Source of the DNA: Balanoglossus misakiensis
Lineage: Eukaryota; Animalia; Hemichordata
Assembly (NCBI GenBank): GCA_040954595.2
Contig: CM082596.2
Location: 1,455,854-1,519,853, forward strand
DNA: 64,000 nt
Direction of reading: 5' to 3'
Part shown: one piece after another, positions 51,539 to 64,000 of the stretch
Numbering within the stretch: position 1 is the stretch's first letter
Layout of the letters: the number at the start of each line of letters is the position of its first letter
The notes under the pieces: model-generated
What the model was told of the DNA's origin: nothing
Seen by the model: only the letters and a program-made list of their open reading frames with translations
Database searches by the model: none
Position numbers and translations under genes: made by a program

Positions 51539-54500
51539 CTATGCCAACTTGGTTTCTAATCCACGCCGTGATCGTGCAAAATTCGACGATAAATTTGCCC
51601 CGGAAAACTTCGTACACATTCAAAATGGACGAAAAGGACAACATGGAAATGAAAATAAATAGAAATTTACAGATACGGTTTCAAGATCCCCCTTAAAGTC
51701 GATAAGCAAACTTGTGCATTATATCGCCCAGAAATCTGGTACCATTTCATCAATCTGTTTTGATTAGAGTAATTAGGCATAAAATACTAGGCTACAGGAA
51801 TTCACCTTTCTCTTTATGGTGCGAAACAAAGTAGAAACCAACTTAGCGCCAAAACCCTTTGATGAGGAAATCACGAAACTGCCAGGCCAGTTACCTTATG
51901 TGATTGACAAGAGACGTTCGTTGTTTGCGTGCGGCAATACGCCGATAGGAACGCTCCACCCTTTTCCTCGTTCACAGTTGTTTTTCTACCAATATTTCCA
52001 CATTAAAACGGCAAATGAAAACCCAAAGTACTTGTGTTATATGTTATAGTTCTTCTGATGTATTTAGATGTATCCCCAAACGATAGTTTTGGGACACAAT
52101 ATTGATGGTAAGGCAGATACCGCAACGAGCTGATCTTGAGGTCAGAGGTCATTCTGATATACCAGGATCAAGAGCTGTTAAGTACATACCAAAATCATAC
52201 TTAAAACTTTTAACAGTTTCATATGGATTTCCACAGGTAATGTAGGTATAATACATTATATCACCAAATGATTATGATACTTAGAAACTGTTTTGAGGAG
52301 ATCTACATTGAAAGTGAAAGTTTTAAAACTAATCGATGGGTGTGTATTTAAAAAGTCATCGTGACCTTTAAGTGAGACAGACGAAAGGGCAAGTTGCCCC
52401 TTCTATGATTATGTAGTTCAAACCAACTATTCTAGCCCCACTGGTATGGTGAAAGTGTCCTGCAATCGAGGGACATAGTCATAACCTAGCTATGCCTGAC
52501 AGGGTGGTGTGGTTACCATGGAGATGGTGACACCAATTAGAAAGTGTTAAAAAGGTTGTGGTTTGAGGCCCAGCAGTGGCTAGCTGATAACAACACAAAC
52601 AGTTCTGCCCATGCAGCTGGTTATAAGAGTCAAATCAATGCTCATTGTTTATTTGCAGTGATATATATGACCTGGTGGGCATAATGAACCCAGCCACAAA
52701 TTTTGAATTTTTGGAAGAACTGAACTTACGATGTTAGACCTGGAAAAGGGAGGCAGAATAGACTACCATTTTGCACTGTGGATTTTTTCCATATCTCTGA
52801 AGATTGCCAGATTATTAAGCATAATTGTATACAGAAGAAGTTCACACCTTATTTGTTGTTCTCTGTGCTTTCCAGTGTTCTTCCCTGGTGATACACTTTA
52901 GGAGCTAAGAACTCTTGAGGGCGCTATACATGATAGCTGACCATTATTTGTATCATCTTTAAGGATCTGATTACAGCATCTTCTTCTGTCAATAGTTAGC
53001 CCATGTGTCTTTCTGGTGCAAACTTTAAAAAAATGGAAGAAAACAGAGAAGTTGATGTCAACAAAAAAGAATAGAAAAGTTTCAATCCTCAGAGCTGTAC
53101 AAGTTCAGTATAGGTTCAGGAAGGTAGTTTAATATTAGGTTCAAGGCCATGACAACGGCCTCAGACTAACTCACAACCCACATTCTACTTGGCAGTTCAT
53201 TGTGTGAAACGTAAATTGGATTATTATCACAGTTAATGGCACTGCACTGCTTTTATGTGGAGATTAGATAGTGCTATCACATCTACTCGACACGTATAAA
53301 AAGGGGAGTCTCTCGGACTCACAGTTGACTCTTTGGTTTAAGGCACAAACACTCGAATGAAAAATGCCCTGTACTTGTACTCGATATGTACATGTACATG
53401 AATTTCAAGTTCAACTACAACACTACAGTCAAAATAATTACCTAGCATGAAGAAATGGTTGATCTCTGTCTACCAAGGGTTGCATTGCAGAATGGTGGAC
53501 AATATTGACCAATTGAGGGCGCATATTAGTGCCTGGTTGCCTGTTGCATACATGAAGAACTCAGTAGTGGAGGGATTTTTTTAGTGGATGGGCGTTTTCT
53601 ATTAAAGGTGTGAAAACTGTATGTACCTATCAACATAAATGAGATTACTGCAGGAATTAAGCACATATGTCCACTAAACTGTCTTCTTGTAAAGTCCATA
53701 TGTTTGTCAAAACAATAATCAAATCAGAAAGATCATTATAGATAACTGATACATGTATAAACTATTTTTGGCTTGGTACGGAAAATCTTGTCTGTGGTAA
53801 AAGTCACCAAGATTGTAGGGCTGTAGTCTTGTTATTGTTTTATTAATCATTACCATTGCTAGGCAACCTGACACTCATACACGGTAGAAAGACTGTCTTC
53901 AGTCTACAATTTCATCTTTTTCTCTTAAAAACAGTAAGATCAATCATCAGATCCTTCAACTGAAACACAGCACATTTGTCAAATATCAGGTGGTGCTGTA
54001 TTGGCCGGAGGAAACACTCTCAAAGCCGAAAAAAAATGATCAGCACTGCTCCAGAATAAAACCTCGCACACACTGACTTGTGCAGTTTTCCATGGAGACC
54101 CATTGCTGAAGAATTCACACACAGGCAAGAGATAGAGAAACTCACTCTTGTCATACTTCCTCATTCTAATGCTGTTAGTATAGAAAGTTATGGAACATGG
54201 ACTTGTAATCTCATACAAAGTTACCATGACAACTATGATATGTCATGTGATGGTGTTTAAGCATCACTTGGTTTAGTTCCTCCACTGGGAGTGACTGTAG
54301 TGATGGCAACCATCACGCCTCCTGGGAGTGAAACAGGCATGGATTTCCAGGAAGCACTTGTATGCAACCAAAGTGTGTCAGTACATTCCAACACAACGCC
54401 CAGCTTATTTGGGAATGATGCATAGCCATGCCTGGCAGGTGTGATAGCAGGCATACTCTGTTCAAAGCAGGGTTCAAAGTGCATCTTGGCACGTGATGTA

Positions 54501-55968
54501 CAATGTATTGCATCATGTAAGCCCGGCCCCGGGGAGATACGTAACAAGAATATGCAACTATCTGTATCTGTCTTCAAAGTAGCAATGCAAATATCGTGTA
54601 CAGTTAATACTGTGTCTGAATAGCCATCTGGTGGATTCTCAGGGAACAGTGAACCCTTAACAATTTGTTTTTCATTTTTCATTTTTATGAGGGACCTTGT
54701 ACCTTCCTCTCTACTTTTAGAATAAAAATTAGTTGTAAACGCATTCTCAGTATAAAGGAAGTGAAAGACAAAATTGAGACCAAACAGTTGCCAAAACAAT
54801 ATTGGCTATGTTTTGAACAAGAATCAAATTTGAGAGCTGTTTCTGAAAAAGTTTAGAACTCCCTCATTAACATTGATTTCCACACAAACCAGAGAGTTTA
54901 GTGGAACTCAGTTAAAGGTGTAATTTTCGTCCGTAACTTAGGGGAACCAAAACAAAGATGCTGAGGTTCATTATCATATTTCATATTAAATATCATCTAT
55001 TTATATCAGTCCAGGATGTTTACTTTTTTATATAAAGCCTTTACTTCCTATTTAATGTTTGGTCTGGGAAAGTTTTATTTGAAAGTTTTTATAAGCAGGA
55101 CGAAACTCACGAAAATGAACATGGGATAAAAGATATATATGCAATGACTATAAGTTTCCAGTTGAAATAATTTGAGATTTTTCTTTGTATTTCTGAAGCT
55201 GAGAATCAGTAATACAATGTTATCCTGACTTCAGTACATTTGTGCATGGTGACATTGGATTTATTTAGCTGTCAATATGTGCCAACATTTGAAAAATACT
55301 GGTGTATTCAACTGGAAGAATTCTGTCCACAGTATGTTCACTTCTCTTTACGTATGAGGTCAGAAAATTTGGCACAACTTCAAGAAAGTCCTATCTGCGT
55401 AATCTCACCTGAGAAGGACTGAAGGACGTCTGATGAAACAGCAAAAAGTTTTGTACAATTTCAGAACTTTTATTGTTGAAAGATGAAACTACCTGTAATA
55501 AAACTTTGGTTGATAAACTTTTGGTGGACTAGATTTGTCTGCACTATATCAGTGTTGTAGATCAATTTAGGATAAAAAAGACAGTATAACCATGTCCTTT
55601 TGAGTAACATCTACTCTTTTGTTGACGTTTGAGATTTGAAAGTTTTGTAAATACAAATGATTCAGAGATTAGTCAGTTATTAAGTTCTGTTCTTCAACCT
55701 CGTTCCCCACAAAATTTGTCTGTAGTTTTGTTTCTTCACAGTATTGGAAACGGAAAACTATCCAGGATTTTTTTTTTATCCTGGGCCGAGGCTGGATGGG
55801 TGGAGGTACCATCTTAAGATGTAGATAAGATCTTTAAGTCTTACTCGTCAGGAGGTTAGTAGCATTTAGGGTGTTGACTTGAAGAGCTGCTCATCTGCTC
55901 TTCCTCGCATTAAGAAAAGTGAGCATAGTGACAAAGTTTTATCAGAGGTTGACTAAAAGTTTGGAACT

Positions 55969-58900
55969 ATGGCGCCAACAGCGACTGCAGAGGCAGAATC
56001 TCAGGCTGAAATCCCCATGGAGAACGCAGAAAATTTTGCTTCCAAGGAGAATGGAAATGCTGTCCCTGAGGAAAAAACTTGTAAGTGGTGTTGTTGTGTT
56101 GTCATATGTGTTACGCATCAGCTTCTTGAGATATCGAGTAGAACTGTCTCTGTTTGTTGGAAAGACAATTGGTAGAAAGTTCTGTCCTATTCATGGATGA
56201 AGTTTTATACAAATTGTACCATACTGGTGCAGTGGTTGGGTGTGGGGCGTTCTTATGAGAACAGATGGATTTAATGGATAAATATGAAAATTGAAAATCA
56301 TGATATCATCCTCAACCAAAGTACAAACCCTGCCCATACAACATTTACCGTATCAGAAAATCAGATGGTGCAAAGTATGTCCTGTTGGAGCACAAGGTGT
56401 GTGACTCATATGTGCCACTTCTTAATTCTGCCAAGTAGAATTTTTAGATTTTTAATAAGTTTGTTTTGAGCTAGGAAAGTATAGATTGGACATGTGCTCC
56501 TCATGAGACGGGAATTTAATGGAATAGAGTTGTTTAGCCTGGCTGATGTTATACAGGATGGTGTTTTTGATGGGAACAACCATCCAGGTGTGTGTATCCA
56601 GGATGAGTTGCCTGATTGGAATCTGTAAACTTCCTACACTTTTTAGTTGTTCTGACCCATCAGGTAGTCATTACTGAAGGGCAAGGAGCTTTTCAGATCC
56701 ATTCAGTGTTGCTTAGAGAAGACAAGTATTTCTTTAATGAAATAACAGTCACCTCTCCACAAATGAGATCATGTATATGACACTTTTTTATAGATGTTTT
56801 CCAATGTTAGAATTGCTATGTGCAACTTTTACCACATAAACAATGATTTACCATGGTAACATCTTTAGAATTACCAAAATATATTGTGAAATTAAAATAA
56901 AATGTGAGTGAACACATGGCATATCAGGGCAGGCTGAGTGAATATAACTGTTAACAGTATCATTACAATCACAAATACTGTCTGTGTTGTTTTGTTAACG
57001 GATTTACTTCAGACATGGCAGTACAACTTACATAACTTGACATCGTTGTTGATTAACATCAGACAACTCCTACACGTGTGCTTGTTCGCATACCAATTGT
57101 TCTCAGGTCCACTTGCTGCTGTTTGGTCATTCTCCTTTGAAGAAAAAAAAATGTGTAACTGTAAAAATTTGCAAGATTTAAACAATATTGGCTTTTGTCA
57201 GCCAAGTTGTAATTAAACAGAACAACCTTGTTACAGATGCACTTATCTGGTTCAGACAAGACTTTCAAGGTTGATGATTGGATTTCAAAGTGTTACAGAC
57301 ATGTCTATCGTGTGTGTATAGTCATTAAATGCTAGATAGAAACAGTTGAAATATGATAAACTAGTACGAACATGCACAAATCTTATATTCTGTCTGTTTC
57401 TTGTGCAATAGAGTGATACAGTGATTTCTCCTACTGATAAAATATGACATAGTTAAGGTTTGAACCAATCAGTAGCCAGCATGTATCACTGTATCACTTT
57501 GAGTGCTGGATTTTATTTTATTTTTTCACAGTTTCTCTCAATGTCATGATATGATGTCCCTGGGTGTGGCCTGTCTCAAGGTCCATGTGTTTACAGTAGG
57601 TCGGGACTATGTGGACGTTGTTTGTACTACCATGATCACCAAATATTATCAAATTCGGTTTCCATGATTCAGTGATCCACACAATCATGCATCAGTCCCT
57701 CATACAGCACTTGCTAGCACCTGTGCAAGAGTGGTACAATCCCATAAATTATCATATGTAATAATTTCTATTTTAATGACACATGTCGATGAATACCCTG
57801 CGTTACCACTTTCCGTATTACCACTCAGCTGACGGAACTAATGCGGCCGACAGTATACTATTGATGTCAGAGTATCCTTCAAGGAAATTAGTGAGTTTTC
57901 TGTCATTTCAAATTATTCCCTGTTAGACGTTTTAGTGGTACTTGTAGTTTTGCTGTGGTGTTTATTGGTGAATGTGATAGAGTCGGTAGTGAAACATGTT
58001 TTATGGAGCAACCAGTCATTTGTGCACCCATTCTTTGACACGCAAAATAAGTACACGTACCTGATTGTACAAATAAGCAATAAATCTTCATTAATTTTGC
58101 TTTTGTGACGAACAATGAGACATTGTAATTTGCAAATAAATTGGTAGTTACATCATGGTGGATAGGTTTAGAATTTCTAGTGAAAGTATGTTAATGTGCA
58201 TGTACCTGTAGAATTTGTATTTCACGAAAGCAACGGCAAGTTTACAATGGATAATTGTATTTAAGATGTTAATTGTTTCAGACTGAGGAATTTTCAGTTC
58301 ATCCGTATTACAATTGACCACATCTGTGGAAATGTGTTTAAGAGATGACAGTTTTTTTTATGATAAAATGATATATGTCACATGACAGACTAATAATATC
58401 CTACCATATGGTGAGGTATTGACCTTGATTTTTTGTAGTATAATTTCAATATACACTGACTACCAACAGAAAAGATTGCATGTCATTTCCAGTCTGTCAT
58501 TTGCAATCATAGAAGGTTGAAAAAAGGGAAGAGAATGGCAATAATCCCATGATCTGTTTTCATATAGTCACCTGATAACAGATCATATCCTTTGTAAGCA
58601 AGCACAGTGAGTTTCACTTTCGGTCTTTTTGTACATGACGCGCCCAGTTCAGTAACCACCGGGGAGTCTGTATCAGATATTTTGCCGAAACTTTGCAATG
58701 ACCTTTCCTTGGTGAAATGTGTACTACAAATCACTGAATGATCTAAAATTCATTCCCTTCAAGCAAATGCTATCATTTCATTGAAATTCATTGACAAGCC
58801 AATAATCCTTTGACAGTACAAATCGGTTGGATGCAATTTATCGCCAATAGATTGCTACATGCTGTGTGCACCTTATCAGTGATCATGTAGTTATTAATAT

Positions 58901-61900
58901 TTATACCTGCATTACACTGTAATTTGACAGTAATTACAGATTGCGCTAGAAGTTGTGAATAATTTAGATCTACTATTTCATATACACTATGCTCGAAGTA
59001 AGTGAATTGGTTCGGGCTGGACCGATGGACTTTACCGGTACATGGTTTGATAAAATTTACAAAATTTTATATTCCATTAATGTGAAACCCTGGTAATACT
59101 ATACAGTCTGATCTGAGCAAAAAATAGAACCATTTAACCACTTTCTGGACAATGCTAATGAATATAGAAGACTTGTCTTGTACCCCCAGGATATTCTTGT
59201 TTAGAGTACAGCACAGATAATTGCATAGGATAGGATTTGCAATTCATCTCAACTCTGTCTGCTCAAACAACTGTGCAGAGTGATTGCTCTGTTTATAGAA
59301 TTTCACCTGCAGCTATTCCTACATTGCAAATTGCAGTCTTTTTTTTATTCCAACCTGGATGATTTCATGGGGTCTGTAAACACAAGCCGTGCATGAAAAT
59401 CTCTGCACTGAACAATGTCACATTTCAAACACAGATCGAGAAATGAGACACAGCAAAATACGATCAACTCGTGGTGAAAATACTCCAGCCTGGATTTCTG
59501 TATTCCAGCATGGACTTGCGTATCGGCCATTACCATCTAAATAGTTGTAATAGTGCAGTTAACACATAAATGCCAGGATTAAATGCAGCTGACATAGATG
59601 TGTGTGTAATGATGATGTCTGTGTGTGAGAGAAAGGAAATTGGCAATTTCGATTTAATTTACGCTTTCTGTAAGCTGCAGATTGTAATGTTCACAGTCAG
59701 ACATGTAAAATGGATGTAATTTTGAATGGATACTTTGTTCTGATAAAATGTATGAATATTTAGGTAGAAAGAATAAAAAGAATGAATATTAGTTTTGAAA
59801 TATCGCTCAGGAACTGTACAATTAAGATGTAGAACTGAAATTACACATGAATCGAGGAGTTGAAGGATTACAATGTGATAAAAAAATGAGTATTTTTCTC
59901 CATGGAAACGAACCAGAAAATGTATTGAATACAAATGTACATCTGATGATAATCCTTTAAGCTTTCTTGCTTTGTCATCCTCCATTACCTTCGGAACGTT
60001 ACAAGCCTTTAATGCTTCCACTGAAGCATAAATGTTGCAGTTGTATTCCCTGAGATCTTCCTGTATTTTCATTGCAAGGAATCGAAAGATATCAGGGAAA
60101 CTATTATGTATGTTAAATCCTGAAAATAGAGTATTTTTGTGAGCACAGAAGATAATATGTGACAACACTTTTTGTATGTAGCTTCACACAAAAGGCAGTT
60201 TGCAGATTCCAAAAATAATTGTATGAAATGATAAATGGCTATATGTGTCAGAAAAGGAATTAGGCAATAAATTCATATACATGTATATATAGTACAGTAA
60301 ATTTAACATATTCTGACGTAGTTGTCTGACAATATTTCTGTCAGTAAATCAACTTTTCAGCCTGAGGCAATATTGTTTCCACATATCTGAATACAGTTGA
60401 TGAATTCAGCGTGTTAACAGGTGATGTGGAAATCTGTTGTATTGGACCGAGTCTACAAGTCGTGGAGTGCTGGTTATTTCAAAATTATGCATCTTCATCC
60501 ATTAAATTGGTGTTGCCATGGTGACTTCATGTCTCATTGTTTTCATCTCATTTCCTCATGTGTCTCGATTCACAGCGTCATGGATCACAGTAATTGAAGA
60601 GGAGCTCATCGCCATGGGAACTGCATCCATTCATCAATTATAAAAAGTCACCTTCATCATTAAAGTTGGAAAGATGCACCTGTGAAGTGCTGCAGATAAT
60701 TAGAAGAGCTGACGCTGACAAAAACAGTCTGCTTGTTACTTGGAGTCGCGCACGCAGCCACAAATTGTATGAAATTTACAATTGATAATGGCCCTCCTCG
60801 AAGAAGCTAAAAAGTGAATATTATATGACCTTTGGAACCAGTTGTGACCAGTCAGCTAATCAGCCATATTGTTGGTATCCATAATGAGGTCTCTGATTAA
60901 AGCCGGTCGCACCTACGAGAGAATCGATGAAACATTTGATTCAGGTGAATGGGTCTGCTTTTCTTTATCTCACACTGAATCTCTTCCAGTGTTCTTTGCC
61001 CACGTTAAGTTGCTTAGGGAACAATTTCACCGTTATCTCAGATCAGTCCCTTTTTGACGCAAGTAGGAAAGCTAGGAGTTGTGATATCGGTTAAGATTGT
61101 ATTTTCGGTACACATGAAAAAGCGTGAAGTGAATTTTGGATCATGGTTTCGAGAGTAGTACAATCAAATGCATATTTATAGTGTGAATGAACATTGAGGT
61201 AATTGTCATCCCCCAATTTTTGTTTATACTGACCCAGAGCCTAGGCAAGCTAAAATGGAACGATATTTGTCTGATTGTAGTGATGATGAGGACATTCTTT
61301 ACACCACTGAAGGTTGGATTTTATTTTCAGTTTCAATAGAATTGCATGACATTAACCCATTCACCTCCACGAGCATGTTGTGTCGACTTGCCCATTGGGG
61401 AATACAAAATGAGATGTTCCGATCAATCTAAAGTAATGGGGGTGGATAGGTGCACCAGATATGACCTGTGTGATTGGTTGATTAGCGTTAGATGGTCACG
61501 TGACTTGAGGTACCTGCATGAAGACTTGATACAGTCATGTTTATTCAGTGACTGGTGGTTTTTGTTTCATTTTGTCATTTTTGGTGGTCAGTGATTTGGT
61601 AGTTTAATGCATAGTTCAGTAATTACTGGTAGAAAACAAACATTGTGTTTGGCAGATGTGAAAACAAAACAACTAGAGCCTAATTTCTTAGAAGCCAGAA
61701 GTGAATTTCAGGGGGATGGACTCCATTTTCTAACTGTTACAGTTGCAGTACACAGTCAGCCCACAAGGAATCCCTGTTTTTTCAGCTCTTAGGGTATTCA
61801 TTGACTTTTTTTGTTTTGATCAACAGCAAGTCCGCTCGTTGACGAGAATGCAGGAAATGTCTACGAAGACTTGGACAAGAAAGACCCATCTACCTATGAG

Positions 61901-64000
61901 AGTCTGGATAAAATTGATGATGATGCACCGAAAGAATCGGTAAGAAGAAAAATGTCTTGAAAACTGAAAAGATTCTCATTGTGGTCCCTGATCTTTCTTG
62001 GGATTGCGAACATCCAGAATATGAATTTGTTTTATTTTTTTTCTATTTAGTGTTCAGCACGGTATCCACCATCCATCTATTTCATAGTTGGTAATGAATT
62101 CTGCGAAAGATACAGTTACTATGGAATGAAAGGTATGTATATTGATCTTCTGTAAGTTTGGAGTAATACACCGATTGTTATACTGTCCTCTATAGACAGG
62201 AATTCAACACAATAATGCTCAGCCAGCAAGTTGATGTGGCAGAGCTCAGAACAAAACATAATACATTTGTGATTGTCATGTGTTTGCATATGAGTAAAAG
62301 TCAATCTTGACACAGTCTATTTGACACTGCATATACTGATTCATATTTCAATCTTTTTTTGACCCTCAGCTATCTTGGTGCTGTATTTTACTGACATCCT
62401 TTTACTCAGTGATTCCGATGCTACAACTATCTATCATACTTTCAGTATGCTGTGTTATCTGACACCAATCTTTGGTGCTATGATCTCTGATGGATGGCTG
62501 GGAAAATATATGTAAGAATCTGACTCTTATAAACCTTGTGATCATGATTATGATGATGGTGATGATGATGATATGTGCATCAATTCTGTCTTTTATTCTT
62601 CTCTTCAGTATTTCTTTAATCCTACAAGTTCGAAGAACGGTTTTTGCATCCTTACCCTTTCTCTTCTTCTCTCCACAGGACAATTTTCTCTCTATCTTGG
62701 ATCTACATGTTGGGGAGTACCACCATGGCTCTAACAGCACTGCCACCACAGACCACTGGTGATCCCTATCTGTAAGTACATTGTACATTGACACCTCTTA
62801 ACACCCAGTCTATGAGTGAAACCACACCTATAGAAACTGATGTGCACATTCAGCCTATTCTTGTTGTTGGTTTTATACTCATCCCAAGACTGTGTTTTCA
62901 GCAACCAGAAAAGTAGCTCTGCAATCTTACAAATTGGCAATCTTAAATCTTGCAATTGAGCTATACATTTCTCTGTTTGTTCACTAATAGGTGGGGACCA
63001 TTGCTTGGGTTATTACTGATAGCCATTGGTACAGGTGGTATCAAGCCTTGTGTGGCTGCATTTGGTGGTGATCAGTTTAGGAAGGATCAGGTAATCTGCA
63101 TGTCTTTGTAAAAAGTCTCTTGGCATCCTATTGGTTCAGTGTCCTGTGGGTTGAATTCTTTGGAAAGTAAATAGTACACACAAAGGACATAATAATATCC
63201 CATCTTTCCAACTTGTGTTCCTTTTCCTTCAGGGTGCAGAAGTAGCTGTGTTCTTTTCTATCTTCTACTTTTCCATCAACTGTGGTAGTCTGCTGTCAAC
63301 GTTTCTAACTCCAATCTTGAGAGAAGACGTCCAGTGTTTTGATAACGACTGTTACGCCTTGGCGTTTGGTGTGCCAGCTGTTCTTCTGCTTGTTGCTATC
63401 GGTTAGTTGTTTTGTGAGAATACAATTCTGTCGTCTTCAAGAATGAGAAGCAGATTTCTCACTAAATCTAGTATGCTCTTGAATCTTTCAATACATACAT
63501 GAGGCAGTAATGTCCCAGAGGTTTGTGAACATTAAGTTTTGAAAGTTCTCCAAATCTCCTGTGATGGACAGAGTATGCGAGTGTAAGCCACCATTGACCA
63601 ATTCAGTTACACTAATTACTATTTCTTGCTTGTTTTTCTGTTTGTAGTTATCTTCATTGTTGGTCGATACACGGTCAATTACAAAATGTTTCCGCCCCAG
63701 GGTAATATTGTATGGATGGTCACCAAAGTCATTGGGGTGAGTATTAAAAACATTTTCATTTCAAAGATAGTTTACTTAGTTTTTGTCAATGACTGAATGA
63801 TTCTTGAAGTCACATCACAACATTTGCTGATGTATCATGTGTTATGAAATGTCATTATATTAAGCTTTTTGATGTCTGTTACCCATTCATATGAAGGATT
63901 AAATATTTTATAATTTGTGTGTCTTTTTCAGCGTGCAATCAAAAATAAAGTAAAGTATGGAAAAGAGCAGAAACATGATCACTGGTTAGACTATGCTGCA
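55969..64000 (+). CDS. Proton-coupled oligopeptide transporter SLC15A1/2 (PEPT-like), 5' part; truncated by window end
   Basis: Exons 55969-56080 (first exon inferred from phase), 61827-61939, 62051-62132 ([19 protein letters not shown], ExxER motif), 62370-62511, 62679-62771, 62991-63090 ([17 protein letters not shown]), 63233-63401 ([13 protein letters not shown]2 signature), 63648-63736, 63932-end (HWLDYA). Confidence 0.92.

Noticed and set aside
54257-54799. 180-aa minus-strand ORF between CTDSP and SLC15
   Set aside because: No domain motif, non-ATG start and no convincing splice context.
59659-60168. 169-aa minus-strand ORF in the SLC15 intron
   Set aside because: AT-rich composition with no recognisable homology; likely chance.
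1-64000. CRISPR arrays, operons, rRNA/tRNA genes, autonomous transposons
   Set aside because: The sequence is spliced eukaryotic DNA; no repeat-spacer arrays, tRNA A/B-box cloverleafs or RT/transposase ORFs were seen.

Overview
Intron-rich, AT-rich animal genomic DNA, probably a marine invertebrate (lophotrochozoan/mollusc is an inference). Eight protein-coding genes were reconstructed by hand-splicing, in order: PRIM1 (-, 5' part only); two tandem paralogues with a long disordered N-terminus fused to a degenerate GT-B/GT4 glycosyltransferase-like domain (+); an ALDH2-type aldehyde dehydrogenase (+); SLC35F5 (+); SPO11 (-, with one U12-type minor intron); a secreted, probably GPI-anchored microbial-type expansin (EXLX1/YoaJ-like, -); a CTDSP/SCP phosphatase (-); and an SLC15/PEPT peptide transporter (+, runs off the window). 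The best candidate for an undescribed system is the tandem pseudo-glycosyltransferase pair. Its donor-binding residues are lost, its N-termini carry conserved LC8-type TQT motifs and TRAF-like PxQxD motifs, one promoter has an ISRE-like element, and identical DNA tracts over the degenerate motif suggest gene conversion. The second candidate is the GC-rich animal expansin with an altered cellulose-binding face. All family assignments come from recognising motifs by eye, not from database searches.
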